From: Vulcanimicrobiota bacterium
GTDB lineage: Bacteria; Vulcanimicrobiota; Vulcanimicrobiia; Vulcanimicrobiales; Vulcanimicrobiaceae
DNA length: 64,000 bases
NCBI GenBank assembly: GCA_963833095.1
Contig: CAWHWQ010000002.1
Coordinates: 224,001 to 288,000, forward strand
Direction of reading: 5' to 3'
A model generated the notes under the pieces. The model made no database searches. It saw only the letters and a list, made by a program, of their open reading frames with translations, and had not been told where the DNA came from. Positions 39,117 to 49,389 of this stretch are shown here, in pieces (the stretch's first letter is position 1; the number at the start of each line of letters is the position of its first letter). Position numbers and translations under genes: made by a program.

Positions 39117-42100
39117 TTATTCGGTCAAGGCCATCTTGACGACGCGCTCCTGTTCGGCCGCGTGCGCGCCGGGATAACCTTCCGACGGTGAGGCGCGATA
39201 GCCGCGACCCGCATAGCCGATATCGAGCGGCTTGCGCAACTTCTCGAGCAAACGGCGGCGCGCGTATGCGCGCGCGCCCATGTTCTTGGGCTCTTCTTGC
39301 ACCCATACCAGCGATTTGATGTTCGGGTAGGTGTCGAGCAGCGCGTTGATTTCTTCCGAGGGCATCGGCGAGAGCAACTCTAGGCGCACGATCGCGGTCT
39401 TCTTCAATTTCGGATAGAGTTCGGACGCGATCAGATCGTAGTAGATCTTGCCCGAGCACAACAAGATGCGTTCGATCTTCGTTTTGTCGGTAATATTCGG
39501 GTCGTCGATGACGGCCTTGAACGAGCCGGTAGCCATATCATCGATCGTTCCCGATGCAGCCTCGGCGCGCAGGAGCGACTTGGGCGTCATCACCACCAGC
39601 GGCACCGGATTCGGGGAGCTTGCCTGCTGGCGCAACAGGTGATAGTAGTTGCCCGCCGTCGAGGGATACGCGACGCGCAAGTTGCCCTCGGCCGCGAGCT
39701 GCAAGAAGCGCTCGAGTCGCGCGCTCGAATGCTCAGGCCCTTGACCTTCGTAGCCGTGCGGCAGCAACAACGTGAGGCGCGAGGTCTGACCCCACTTCGC
39801 CTGACCCGCGGCAATGAATTGATCGATGATAATCTGCGCGCCGTTGACGAAGTCGCCAAACTGCGCTTCCCACAGAACCAGCGACTTCGGCACCGCCGCC
39901 GCATAACCGTATTCGAAACCGACGCAGGCGTACTCCGAAAGCGGCGAGTTATGAATCTCGAAGCTCGCTTTAGCGGCCGCGAGATGCTGGAGCGGTATGT
40001 ATTCGCTGTTGCTCGTTGGATCGTGCAGCACCGCGTGACGATGACTGAACGTGCCGCGCTCGGTATCCTGACCGGTAATGCGAATCGGGACGCCCGACGA
40101 AAGCAGCGAGCTAAACGCCAAGGCCTCGGCCATGCCCCAATCGACCAGTCCCTTTTCCGCGATGGTCGTTTTGCGCCGCTCGAATTGCGTGGTGAGTTTT
40201 TTGTTGACCGCGAACCCGTCGGGGACGGTGACGAGATCCTCCGACCAGGTCAGTAACTGCGCCTTGTCGACCGGCACGAGCGTCGCGGTCGGCAACGGCG
40301 CCGATTGCGAGATCTTCTCGATCATGCTGCCGCTATGCGATTCCTTGACGCTCTTGTAGGCCTCTTGCAGACGCGCCGTTGCTTCGGTCACCATCTCGCT
40401 TGCCTGTTCGGTCGTGATCACGCCTTGCGCGATCAATTTGTTGGCAAAGAGGTCGCGCGCGGTCGGATGCGACTTGATCTTCTCGTACATCGACGGCTGC
40501 GTGTAGGCCGGCTCGTCTTGCTCGTTGTGACCGAAGCGACGGTAGCCGATCAGATCGATCACCACATCGCGCGCAAAACGCTTGCGGAATTCTTCGGCCA
40601 AATGCACTGCGGAGATGCACGCATCGACGTCGTCGGCGTTGACGTGAATGATCGGAGCGTCGAAGCCTTTGGCGATATCCGAGGCATACCGGGTCGAGCG
40701 CGAGTCGCGCGTATCTGTCGTAAAGCCGATTTGGTTGTTGGCGATGAGATGCAGCGTGCCGCCGGTTGCATAACCGGGCAGCGACTGGAGATTGAAAACT
40801 TCGGAGATGATGCCTTGGCCTGTGAACGCTGCATCGCCGTGGATCAGAATCGGCGCGGCCTTGCGCACGTCTTGGATCGGCATCGGATTGGTGTGATCGG
40901 TCTGCAGCGCGCGCGCGCGTCCTTCGACGACCGGGTCGACTGCTTCGAGGTGACTGGGGTTGTGTTGCAGCGTCACCATGATCTGCTTGCCGCTGCTCGT
41001 GTTGTACACGCCGGTCGCTCCGTGGTGATACTTCACGTCGCCGGTCACGTCATCATCGCTGCTCACGTCGCCGCGCTGGTGTGCCGCCTCAAATTCGCCC
41101 AGCAGTTCCTCGTAGGGCATGTTGACCACGTGCGCGATCACGCTCAGGCGCCCGCGGTGCGCCATACCGAGTACCGCGTTGGGCGTATCTTCGTCGGCCA
41201 GCATCTCGAGCGTCTCCTCGAGCATCGGCACCATTACATCGAGTCCTTCGCCCGAAAAACTCTTCTGGCCGAGAAACGTTTTGCGAACGAACCGCTCGAA
41301 GGTCTCGACCTTGGTCAAGCGCTGCAAGAAGCGAACCTGCCGGTCGGGCGAAAGCGAGATCTTGTGCGCGCCGCTCTCGATCGTTTCGCGTAGCCAGCGG
41401 CGCTGTTCGGTATTGGAGATGTGTTCGAACTCGTACGCGATCGTGGAGCTGTAGATCTCGCGCAGCTTGGGCAGTACGTCAGCGAGGGTTGCACCCGGCA
41501 CGAACACGCGCAGCACCGACGCCGGAATCGCGGCTTGCAGCGAAGGCGTCAGCCCGTAGCCTGCGGGATCGAGTTTGGGATCGCCCACCGGCTCAGAACC
41601 GAGCGGATCCAGGTGTGCGGCAAGATGCCCATGCGTGCGATATCCGGAGACGATCGCCATCGCCGCCGCAACAGCGCGCAGCATTTCGTCCGTCGGCGCG
41701 GCTTTATTGTCCAACGCGAAAGCCTTGTCCACTAAAGCCCCGTCGCCGCCTCGCGGCGACTCCAGCTTCCCGACTGACAACCCTAACTGCTTAAACAGCG
41801 TTTCGTAGAAATTGTCGGCGCCTTGCAGCAGCGCATCGACGCGACGCAAATATTCGCCCGATTGCGCGCCTTGGATCACACGATGATCGTAGGTGCTCGT
41901 CATCTGCATCACTTTGCTGATGCCGAGCTGACGCAGCGCGGCTTCGGACGCACTCTGGAATCCCGCCGGATAGCCGATTGCGCCGGTTGCAAGAATCGCG
42001 CCCTGACCGACGAGCAGACGCGGCACCGACGCGACGGTGCCGATGCCGCCCGGATTGGTCAACGTAAACGAGGCGCCTTGCAGATCGTCTGCGACGAGCT

Positions 42101-43397
42101 TATTGTCGCGCGCTTTGGTGACCAGCTCCTGATATTTTGCGTAAAAGCCCGCAAAGTCGAGCGCGCCTGCATTCTTGATCACCGGAACGATTAAGAAACG
42201 CGTGCCGTCCTTGCGTTCGGAATCGACGGCGAGCCCGAGATGAATGCCCGGCTCGAGCCGCTGCGGCGCGCCGCTTTCATCGCGTCGGAAACTGTAAGTA
42301 ATAAACGGCATCTCGCTCGCTGCGCGCACCAACGCGTAGGCGACGAGATGCGTGAACGAAATCTTTTCGCTTCGCCCCGCGGATTTGATCGCCGTATTGA
42401 GTTCTTTGCGGCGCGCGTCGAGCACGTCGACCGGCAGCGTGCGAAAACTCGTCGCGGTAGGAATCGTGAGCGACTGTTCCATGTAGCCCGTCAGCGCGGC
42501 AGCCGGACCTTTGAGCGGGGTGAGTTTCGCGCCGGCAGGCGGTGGCGGTAACGGCGCTGCGGCGGACGGGGATACGGTGCTGAGCTTTCGCGCGCCGTTG
42601 GCTTGCGTGGAAACGTCGCCGCGCAGAATCAACCCGTTCGGACCCGACCCCTGAATCGACGCAAGATCGAGTTCGAGTTTGTTTGCAATGCGGCGCGCCT
42701 GATGCGACGCGGTGATTTCGCCGGTCCCCCGACTACGCGGCTCCGCCGCTACGCTCGGGATGACAACATCGGGCTTCGCTGCGCTTGGTGCAGGCGCAGA
42801 TGCGCTTGCGGTGGCGGTGGCATTTGCGTCAATCTCGGCGAGCTTTGCGCCGACTGCAACAGTGTCACCGGCTTTGCCGAAGAGCTGCGTCACGACGCCA
42901 CTCGCAGTGGCCGGCACTTCGACATCGACTTTGTCGGTCGTCACATCGACGATCGTATCGCCTTCGCTGACGCTTTGACCCGGCTTCACGCGGAACTCGA
43001 CGATCGAGCCTTCGGTCACCGATTCGCCCATCTCGGGCAGCGTCACTGCAACGATTTTCTTTTCGGAAGCCTGTGCTGCCTTACCGTTAGTGAGACGCGC
43101 CGCGTCAGCGGCGGTAGCTTTAGACGGCAAAGGTTCACCTTTGACGGATAAAGCTGTGTCGATTTCGGCGAGGGTCGCGCCGACGGCGACAGTATCGCCT
43201 TCTTTGCCGAAGAGCTGCGTGATCACGCCCGCGGCGGTGGCCGGTACTTCGACGTCGACCTTGTCGGTGGTCACGTCGACAAGCGTGTCGCCTTCGCTGA
43301 CGGCATCACCGACGCGCTTGCGCCACTCGACGATGGAGCCTTCGGTGACCGACTCCCCCATTTCGGGGAGGGTTACCTTGACTACCGGATCGGCCAC
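39117..43397 (-). CDS. sucA: multifunctional 2-oxoglutarate dehydrogenase: two lipoyl domains + PSBD + E2 catalytic + E1
   Basis: Two LPEMGESVTEG..TDKVDVEVP lipoyl domains, ASHQARRIA..GSGPNGLI PSBD, TYDHRVIQGA E2 site, GMAHRGRL, HGDAAF.GQG, LLLPHGYEGQGPEHSS. Confidence 0.95.
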   Translation of the reverse strand: MADPVVKVTLPEMGESVTEGSIVEWRKRVGDAVSEGDTLVDVTTDKVDVEVPATAAGVITQLFGKEGDTVAVGATLAEIDTALSVKGEPLPSKATAADAARLTNGKAAQASEKKIVAVTLPEMGESVTEGSIVEFRVKPGQSVSEGDTIVDVTTDKVDVEVPATASGVVTQLFGKAGDTVAVGAKLAEIDANATATASASAPAPSAAKPDVVIPSVAAEPRSRGTGEITASHQARRIANKLELDLASIQGSGPNGLILRGDVSTQANGARKLSTVSPSAAAPLPPPPAGAKLTPLKGPAAALTGYMEQSLTIPTATSFRTLPVDVLDARRKELNTAIKSAGRSEKISFTHLVAYALVRAASEMPFITYSFRRDESGAPQRLEPGIHLGLAVDSERKDGTRFLIVPVIKNAGALDFAGFYAKYQELVTKARDNKLVADDLQGASFTLTNPGGIGTVASVPRLLVGQGAILATGAIGYPAGFQSASEAALRQLGISKVMQMTSTYDHRVIQGAQSGEYLRRVDALLQGADNFYETLFKQLGLSVGKLESPRGGDGALVDKAFALDNKAAPTDEMLRAVAAAMAIVSGYRTHGHLAAHLDPLGSEPVGDPKLDPAGYGLTPSLQAAIPASVLRVFVPGATLADVLPKLREIYSSTIAYEFEHISNTEQRRWLRETIESGAHKISLSPDRQVRFLQRLTKVETFERFVRKTFLGQKSFSGEGLDVMVPMLEETLEMLADEDTPNAVLGMAHRGRLSVIAHVVNMPYEELLGEFEAAHQRGDVSSDDDVTGDVKYHHGATGVYNTSSGKQIMVTLQHNPSHLEAVDPVVEGRARALQTDHTNPMPIQDVRKAAPILIHGDAAFTGQGIISEVFNLQSLPGYATGGTLHLIANNQIGFTTDTRDSRSTRYASDIAKGFDAPIIHVNADDVDACISAVHLAEEFRKRFARDVVIDLIGYRRFGHNEQDEPAYTQPSMYEKIKSHPTARDLFANKLIAQGVITTEQASEMVTEATARLQEAYKSVKESHSGSMIEKISQSAPLPTATLVPVDKAQLLTWSEDLVTVPDGFAVNKKLTTQFERRKTTIAEKGLVDWGMAEALAFSSLLSSGVPIRITGQDTERGTFSHRHAVLHDPTSNSEYIPLQHLAAAKASFEIHNSPLSEYACVGFEYGYAAAVPKSLVLWEAQFGDFVNGAQIIIDQFIAAGQAKWGQTSRLTLLLPHGYEGQGPEHSSARLERFLQLAAEGNLRVAYPSTAGNYYHLLRQQASSPNPVPLVVMTPKSLLRAEAASGTIDDMATGSFKAVIDDPNITDKTKIERILLCSGKIYYDLIASELYPKLKKTAIVRLELLSPMPSEEINALLDTYPNIKSLVWVQEEPKNMGARAYARRRLLEKLRKPLDIGYAGRGYRASPSEGYPGAHAAEQERVVKMALTE
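42722..42766. repeat. REP-like element, copy 2, in frame inside sucA
   Basis: CGGTCCCCCGACTAC-GCGGC-TCC-GCCGC-TACGCTCGGGATGACAA; encodes VIPSVAAEPRSRGT. Confidence 0.85.
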
Positions 43398-43531
43398 GTT
43401 GTTACTGCTCCATGCTGCTGAGGGAAAGTATAAGCTTCCCTGCTATTTTAACCCCACCCTCGGGCGGCCGGATACGACCAGGGAAGCGGCGAGTCCGCCT
43501 AGGCCCCTGAGCCGCCCCACCTGGGGCTCGG

Positions 43532-44242
43532 CTAGATCGTCAGGGCAGCGTAGGTGTAGCCGTATACCTTCTGGATCACCGCGACCGTTGCGACGATCGA
43601 GGGGTTCACCAGCGCCCGAGGGATCAAGTGTGTGAGTATGTCTGCGGCTACGTCCTTGGCGGACATGCCGGCCGGCGCGAGCCCGCGCTTGACGATCTCA
43701 CGCGACTGCTCTTCGACGCCCGTATGGCACGTCAAAAAGATCACGCCGCGTCGCTGCAGCATCTCGCTTGAAGCGTCTTGATACATCCCGTGCTGGTCGT
43801 CCGGATCCACGGCCGGGTCGTACGCACTCTTCGCTTTGAACCAAATGTTGCTTTCGATCGGCCTACCTTGCGCGTCTTCGATCTTGAAGAGTTCGCCGAA
43901 CCGGTATTTCTGCCAGACGTAGTCGCTATAGGTGTATCCAGCCGACGGGCCGTGGCCGGCGATTGCGATCGTAATTTGATCGGCCGAATGACCGAAGCCG
44001 AACTGCAAACCGTTAAAGCAGTTCTTGACGTTGCCAAGCATCGTGGGCCGAAAGGCCACGGCCTCGATGACTTGCCGAATCTCCGCGGGGCGGCCGACGA
44101 CGGCATCGAACGCGCCGGCGTCGAACTGCGCGCGGCGCTCGACAAAGTTCGTGCCGCCTGGGACGGCTGCGGCGGCGGCGGGGGCAACTGCGCCCGCGAC
44201 CATCGTCGCGGAAGCAGCAAGGAAACGGCTGCGTTTGATCAT
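43532..44242 (-). CDS. Tat-like exported DsrE-like protein
   Basis: MIKRSRFLAASA signal; IAGHG, LQRRGVIFLTCH, GYTY. Confidence 0.65.
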   Translation of the reverse strand: MIKRSRFLAASATMVAGAVAPAAAAAVPGGTNFVERRAQFDAGAFDAVVGRPAEIRQVIEAVAFRPTMLGNVKNCFNGLQFGFGHSADQITIAIAGHGPSAGYTYSDYVWQKYRFGELFKIEDAQGRPIESNIWFKAKSAYDPAVDPDDQHGMYQDASSEMLQRRGVIFLTCHTGVEEQSREIVKRGLAPAGMSAKDVAADILTHLIPRALVNPSIVATVAVIQKVYGYTYAALTI

Positions 44243-44275
44243 CGATCGTACTTACCGCGTCGAAGCACTTCGAAC

Positions 44276-45247
44276 CTAGACGATCTGGAGCGCGCGAGCG
44301 ATCAGTAGGCTCGACACTGCGATCGCCGCCCACAAAATCGCACCGAGTACGAGCGGGCGTACGCCGGCGGCGCGTATCCTTTGAACGTCGGTGCCCAGGC
44401 CAACGCCCGCCAGCGCGACGGTGATCGAAAAGAGCGCCAGCTCTTGCAACGGCGATTGCAGCACCGCTGGAATCAAGCCAAACGAATTGATGGCCGCCGC
44501 GACGAGAAACCACAGAATGAACCACGGAACGATCGCGCGCCAGTCGATCGCGCTCGCGCCATCTCGCGCTTGTTGGACCTTGCGCCAGGCATAGTACAAC
44601 ACGATCGGAATGATCAGCGTCGTCCGCGTGAGCTTGACGATCACCGCGTCGTTTCCCGCGTCATGACCGTACGCGAAAGCAGCTGCAACCACCGACGACG
44701 TGTCGTTGATCGCGGTGCCCGCCCACAACCCGAACGCATGTTGCGAAAGCTGCATCAGATGGCCGAGCGCCGGAAAAATCAGCACTGCCACAACGTTGAA
44801 AAGAAAGACGACGCCGAGCGAATACGCGATGTCGGCCTGGTCGGCTTCGATCACGCTTGCTACTGCGGCGATCGCTGAACCGCCGCAAATCGCCGTGCCG
44901 ATACCGACTAGACGCCGAATGTCGCGATCGAGTCCCAACGCGCGACCGACGACATAGGCGAGCACAAGCACGATCAGCAGCGTGCCGAGCATGACCGGGA
45001 GCGAGCGGGCGCCGCTTTGGATAATTTCCGTAAGACTCAAGTGCGCCCCGAGTAACACGATCGACCATTGCAAAAGTTGCTTGCTCGCAAAAGCAATTCC
45101 CGGACGCAGCGCCAATGGCGGCGTGCGCACGCTTGCAATCAACGCGCCGAGCACAATTGCAAAGACCGGTGCACCGACGATTGGTGCGGCACGCCCGAGC
45201 AGCGCCGCGACGATTGCAACGGCAAGGGCTAGAAAAAACCCGAGCAT
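44276..45247 (-). CDS. YeiH/UPF0324 putative sulfate exporter family
   Basis: GAPVFAIVLG, SIVLLG, GTAICGGSAIAA, GLWAGTAINDTSSVVAA, KLTR. Confidence 0.92.
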   Translation of the reverse strand: MLGFFLALAVAIVAALLGRAAPIVGAPVFAIVLGALIASVRTPPLALRPGIAFASKQLLQWSIVLLGAHLSLTEIIQSGARSLPVMLGTLLIVLVLAYVVGRALGLDRDIRRLVGIGTAICGGSAIAAVASVIEADQADIAYSLGVVFLFNVVAVLIFPALGHLMQLSQHAFGLWAGTAINDTSSVVAAAFAYGHDAGNDAVIVKLTRTTLIIPIVLYYAWRKVQQARDGASAIDWRAIVPWFILWFLVAAAINSFGLIPAVLQSPLQELALFSITVALAGVGLGTDVQRIRAAGVRPLVLGAILWAAIAVSSLLIARALQIV

Positions 45248-45351
45248 CAACGGGGAAGAATGATCAAGGTTATCGCTCCAGTAGGAATTTAGTCCCGACT
45301 TCATTTCTTCGGTCAGGAACGCATCGCCCTGGGTCCGAAGGCACGTGGACG

Positions 45352-46176
45352 ATGATGAACCGCCGTGAGTTTGCCGGCCTGGCCGCCGGCGCAGCAGCGA
45401 CGGCATCGGTCCCAGCTCATGCGGCGGCGCAAAGCGGGTTTGGCGCTCCCCATCCGCCGATCGTGCCCGAAGACGACCCGTCGATCGTGGTCGATCGTCC
45501 ACAACTGCGTCGCCCCGACGGCGTGGTGAACGCTTACGCCGCCGTTCCGAAGCAAGTACGCGCGAACACGCCCGGTATCGTGCTGGCGATGGCGATCTGG
45601 GGCGTGGACGACCAGCTACGCGATACCGTGCGGCGCTTCGCGAAAGCCGGTTTCATGTGCATCGCGCCCGACCTGTATTCGCGGATGGGTGCGCCGAGCG
45701 GCGACGGGAGCACCGACGTCGCTACCTTCAAGCCGTTCGCCGCGCAGCTGCAGCGCAAGCAGTACGACGGCGATTTGCGTGCCGGCGGCTTGAATTTACT
45801 CTCCCGAGCCCCAAACTGCAAGCTCGGCGTCGTCGGCTTTTGCATGGGCGGCCACCTCGCGCTCATTCAAGCCCTCGATAATGCGGACGTCTTTGACGCG
45901 GTGGCACCGTTCTACGGCGCGGTCAAGGATATCGATCCGACGGAAATACACATTCCCGTCTGCGGCAGTTACGGCGAGAAAGACACGAGCATCCCCGCTG
46001 AGGATGTGCGGACGTGGCGTAGCGCGCTGCGCGTCCCAAACGACATCCGCATCTACGGGTCGGCCGGGCATGCATTTTTCGACGATACGCGAAGTTCATA
46101 TGTGGCTTCTGCTGCCGATGACGCGTGGAAGCGCGTTTTGGCCTTCTATAAGGATCAGCTCGGACTGCAAACGTGA
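45352..46176 (+). CDS. Tat-exported dienelactone hydrolase family protein
   Basis: MMNRREF twin-Arg; GFCMGG, GEKD, AGHAF triad. Confidence 0.92.
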   Translation: MMNRREFAGLAAGAAATASVPAHAAAQSGFGAPHPPIVPEDDPSIVVDRPQLRRPDGVVNAYAAVPKQVRANTPGIVLAMAIWGVDDQLRDTVRRFAKAGFMCIAPDLYSRMGAPSGDGSTDVATFKPFAAQLQRKQYDGDLRAGGLNLLSRAPNCKLGVVGFCMGGHLALIQALDNADVFDAVAPFYGAVKDIDPTEIHIPVCGSYGEKDTSIPAEDVRTWRSALRVPNDIRIYGSAGHAFFDDTRSSYVASAADDAWKRVLAFYKDQLGLQT

Positions 46177-47360
46177 CCCCTCTCGTCGATCTCCTGTTTC
46201 TGCTCATTGGCATCGCCCTCGGCGCCTTCGTGATGTATTCGCGCCAGCGCGGCGAACGCGCGGCGATCGACGCGCTGCTCGAACGAGCCAAGAACGACCT
46301 GCGTGAATCCACGACTCATCAAGCGGGTGAACGCGTCGGGCAGATCGTTGCACCGATCGCCGAGCGTCTCACCGAGTTCGACCGCGTGGTACGCGAGATG
46401 GAGAACAAGCGCAGCGAGGACAGCGGCGCGCTGCGAGCGCAACTCGAACAACTCCTTGGCCGCGCCGACAAAATCGAAACGGCAGCCAACGCGCTCTCGA
46501 ATCAAACGTCGACGCTGGTGACCGCGCTACGCAGTCCGACGACACGCGGCAAGTGGGGCGAATTTCAGCTCCGTAACGTGGTCGAAAAGGCGGGCATGCT
46601 CGCTTACTGCGATTTCGACGAGCAGCAGACAATCGCGTTCGAGTCTGGTCGCGGGCGTCCCGACATGACGATCAAGCTGCCCGGCAACCGTTGCGTCTTC
46701 GTCGACGCCAAAGCTCCCACCGATGCGCTACAGGCAGCGCTGGAATCCGCCGACGACAACACACGCCGCGAGCTGATCAAGCGCCATGCGCGCGCCCTGC
46801 AAGATCACGTCGATGCGCTCTCCAAGCGCAATTACCAATCCAGCGAGGGGTCGGCCGACTTCGTGGTGATGTTCGTGCCGGGCGAAGCATTCCTGAGCGC
46901 CGCCTGCACCGAGAACCCGATGCTGATCGAATACGCGCTCGACCGCAACGTGCTTATCGCCGGGCCGCTCTCATTGATACCGCTCTTGCGCTCGTTCGCG
47001 ATGGGGTGGCAGGCGGTAAAACAAGAAGAGAATGCCAAGCGCATTGCGATGCTAGGCCGCGAACTGTACGAGCGCACCGCGCGCTTCGCCGATCGCCTCG
47101 TCAATCTTGGGCGTCATTTGGAACGTTCGGTCGGTGCGTACAATGAGGCGGTCGGCACGTACGAATCGCGTTTACTTCCGCAGGGTCGCAAACTCAAAGA
47201 TGAATCAGCGATCGGCGGAGAAGAGCTTCCCGAACCTAGCGTGATTGATCTTGCGCCGCGCACCGTCACCGCGCTCGACGCTGAACCGCGCGACCGCCGC
47301 GCACAGCGCGCGCCCGCCGAGCCGAATCTCTTCCAAAACCAAAACGATCAAGCCGGCTAA
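46173..47360 (+). CDS. rmuC: DNA recombination protein RmuC
   Basis: RGKWGE.QL, RPD..IKLP, VDAKAP, DFVVMFVPGE. Confidence 0.93.
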   Translation: MTPLVDLLFLLIGIALGAFVMYSRQRGERAAIDALLERAKNDLRESTTHQAGERVGQIVAPIAERLTEFDRVVREMENKRSEDSGALRAQLEQLLGRADKIETAANALSNQTSTLVTALRSPTTRGKWGEFQLRNVVEKAGMLAYCDFDEQQTIAFESGRGRPDMTIKLPGNRCVFVDAKAPTDALQAALESADDNTRRELIKRHARALQDHVDALSKRNYQSSEGSADFVVMFVPGEAFLSAACTENPMLIEYALDRNVLIAGPLSLIPLLRSFAMGWQAVKQEENAKRIAMLGRELYERTARFADRLVNLGRHLERSVGAYNEAVGTYESRLLPQGRKLKDESAIGGEELPEPSVIDLAPRTVTALDAEPRDRRAQRAPAEPNLFQNQNDQAG

Positions 47361-47977
47361 CGCAGCGCCGCGCGCTCGAGGATCGTATCGCCGTCGCGTA
47401 GTTCGAGGGCGTCCGCCGCGGGCGCGTGCTCGACAAAGAGTGAGCTGGTCGACCCCTGTGATTGCAAATCGCCCAGGCGCCTCGCCGCACTTCCATTGAC
47501 GGCGTAGACCGCGTAGTGCTCCGAACCGTTGGCTACAATAAAGAGCCAACTCCGATCGCGCGCGTAGATCACTTTCGCCGGCGGCGCGACGGTCGAGCCA
47601 ATCGGTGCGAACTGCGCGTGATTGAAATGGTTCGCAATCATGGCGACAAGCGCATGCTGCGTCTCTTGCGTGCGCAGATAACCCGGCACCATCGTGAGCA
47701 GACCCAGCACCAAACCGGCCGCAGCGGCCAAGGCAAAACCGGCATAACGCCGCACCCGCGGCGGCGCGCCGAAGCGCATGCGCCGGTCGAGTAACTCAGG
47801 TGTCGGTTCTGCGAGATCGCCGCGCTCGAGCGCGAGCAGCGTCTCTTCTGCCTCGCCGACGTGGCGTAAACATTGCATGCAGCTCGCGATATGGGCTTCC
47901 ACGGCCGCGCGCTCGCGCTCATCGAGTTCACCGAGCACGTAGAGTTCGGCCAGATCGCCGATATGCAGTTCAAACAT
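47357..47977 (-). CDS. anti-sigma factor (zf-HC2, RskA-like)
   Basis: YVLGEL..EAHIASCMQC, one TM, extracytoplasmic domain. Confidence 0.85.
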   Translation of the reverse strand: MFELHIGDLAELYVLGELDERERAAVEAHIASCMQCLRHVGEAEETLLALERGDLAEPTPELLDRRMRFGAPPRVRRYAGFALAAAAGLVLGLLTMVPGYLRTQETQHALVAMIANHFNHAQFAPIGSTVAPPAKVIYARDRSWLFIVANGSEHYAVYAVNGSAARRLGDLQSQGSTSSLFVEHAPAADALELRDGDTILERAALR

Positions 47978-48498
47978 CAGCCGTCACCAGGGAGCCTCGC
48001 AGCGTACGTAATGCAGCCGAGAGGCGGCTCTTGATTGTTCCAACCGGTTCGCCCAGCGCACTCGCGATCTCGGTGATGGGTCAGGCCCTGGTAGTACGCA
48101 AACTGAATCGTCTGCGCTTGCGCCGGCGGCAACGCATCAATCGCGCGCGCGATCCGCTCGCGTTCAATCGGGTCGGGCATCAACTCTTCGCCTTCCTCCG
48201 ACGGGGCCGCGCGACGCATCGCGTCGGATTGCCGCCCCACACTGCGCAGGCGTTCGAGGGCGCGGTTTCGCGAGCAGGTCACAAGAAACGCCTCGAGCGC
48301 GCCGCGCTCGGTTTGATACGCGTCACCGCGCCTCCAGAGATGGAGCATCACTTCGTGCACACAATCTTGCGCTGCAAGGCGATCCGCGAGCACCCGCAAC
48401 GCGGTCGTGTACATACGCGCGCCGAAGCGGCGATACGCTGCTTCGTACGCCCATGACTGCCGTTCTGCAAACGCGCGTTCGAGCGCAGATTCTCGCAT
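47970..48498 (-). CDS. ECF sigma factor (SigK-like; one frameshift near 48075)
   Basis: AQDCVHEV..LWR, RNRALE, LPPAQ..AYYQGLTH then EIASALGEPVGTIKSRL in the shifted frame. Confidence 0.88.
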
Positions 48499-48504
48499 TG
48501 CCTC

Positions 48505-49389
48505 CTAGCCCAGTGGATGTTGCTCAATGCCTGCCGTGCCGTTATCGAGGCGCACCGTCCGATAGCCGATCGCGTGCAGTAATTGATCGTGGGGAAGGGT
48601 CAGCGGACCGGGATTCGGCGCCGTGCCCGGTTGTGGCTGCGGATACGCCGTCGCGGTCGCGGATGCAAAGTGGATGTTGCCCTCGACGTGAGTGACGATC
48701 TGGTGGATATGCCCGTTGAGCACCGTCACGTGGTCGAAGCCGGTGAGCATCGCGAGGGCGCTTGCACCGTCCTCGGTCGTCCAGCCCCACTGCGGAAAAA
48801 GCGCGTAGAGCGGCACGTGGGTGAAGACCACGATCGGCGTCGACTGGTACTGCGACTGAAGATCCTTCTTCAGCCACGAGAGCTGGTCATTGCCCATCAA
48901 GCCCATCTTCTCGAAATTGAAGACATTGAGGAGCACGATGTAGTGCACGCCGCCGTCGTCCCACGAAGCCCAACCGCCCGGTTCGGCCTCTTTGATCCCA
49001 AAGTTGGTGCGATAGGTCGCAAAGTCGTTGCCCAGCACATCGTGCTCGCCGGGAAGCGCAATTAGCGGTGCTCGGAGTTGACTCAAAATTGCGCGCGCAT
49101 CGTCGAATTGCTGTTGCGTAGAGAGATGCGTAATGTCACCGGTGTGCACGACGAACTTCGGCTGGACCGGCATCGAATTGATCGCATCGACCGATGCCTT
49201 CAACGTGGCCGAAACGTCGGGGTTGGCGGATTGATGAAAGCCGATGTGGCTGTCGCTGATCTGCACGAATTGCGTGGCCGGTGCGGCGTCGGCGAGCGCG
49301 CGGCCAGTGAAGATGCCGGCACCGGAGAGCGTGTAGGCGATACCGCTGCCCGTCCAAGCAACGTGGCTCAAAAAATCGCCGCGTCTCAC
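48505..49389 (-). CDS. Tat-exported metallophosphoesterase
   Basis: MRRGDFL; QISDSH, HTGD, PGEHD, HVP, GHIH. Confidence 0.92.
   Translation of the reverse strand: MRRGDFLSHVAWTGSGIAYTLSGAGIFTGRALADAAPATQFVQISDSHIGFHQSANPDVSATLKASVDAINSMPVQPKFVVHTGDITHLSTQQQFDDARAILSQLRAPLIALPGEHDVLGNDFATYRTNFGIKEAEPGGWASWDDGGVHYIVLLNVFNFEKMGLMGNDQLSWLKKDLQSQYQSTPIVVFTHVPLYALFPQWGWTTEDGASALAMLTGFDHVTVLNGHIHQIVTHVEGNIHFASATATAYPQPQPGTAPNPGPLTLPHDQLLHAIGYRTVRLDNGTAGIEQHPLG

Noticed and set aside
42830..43385. ~200-bp imperfect direct repeat at the sucA 5' end
   Set aside because: Explained by the two tandem lipoyl domains; divergence at synonymous sites argues against an assembly duplication.
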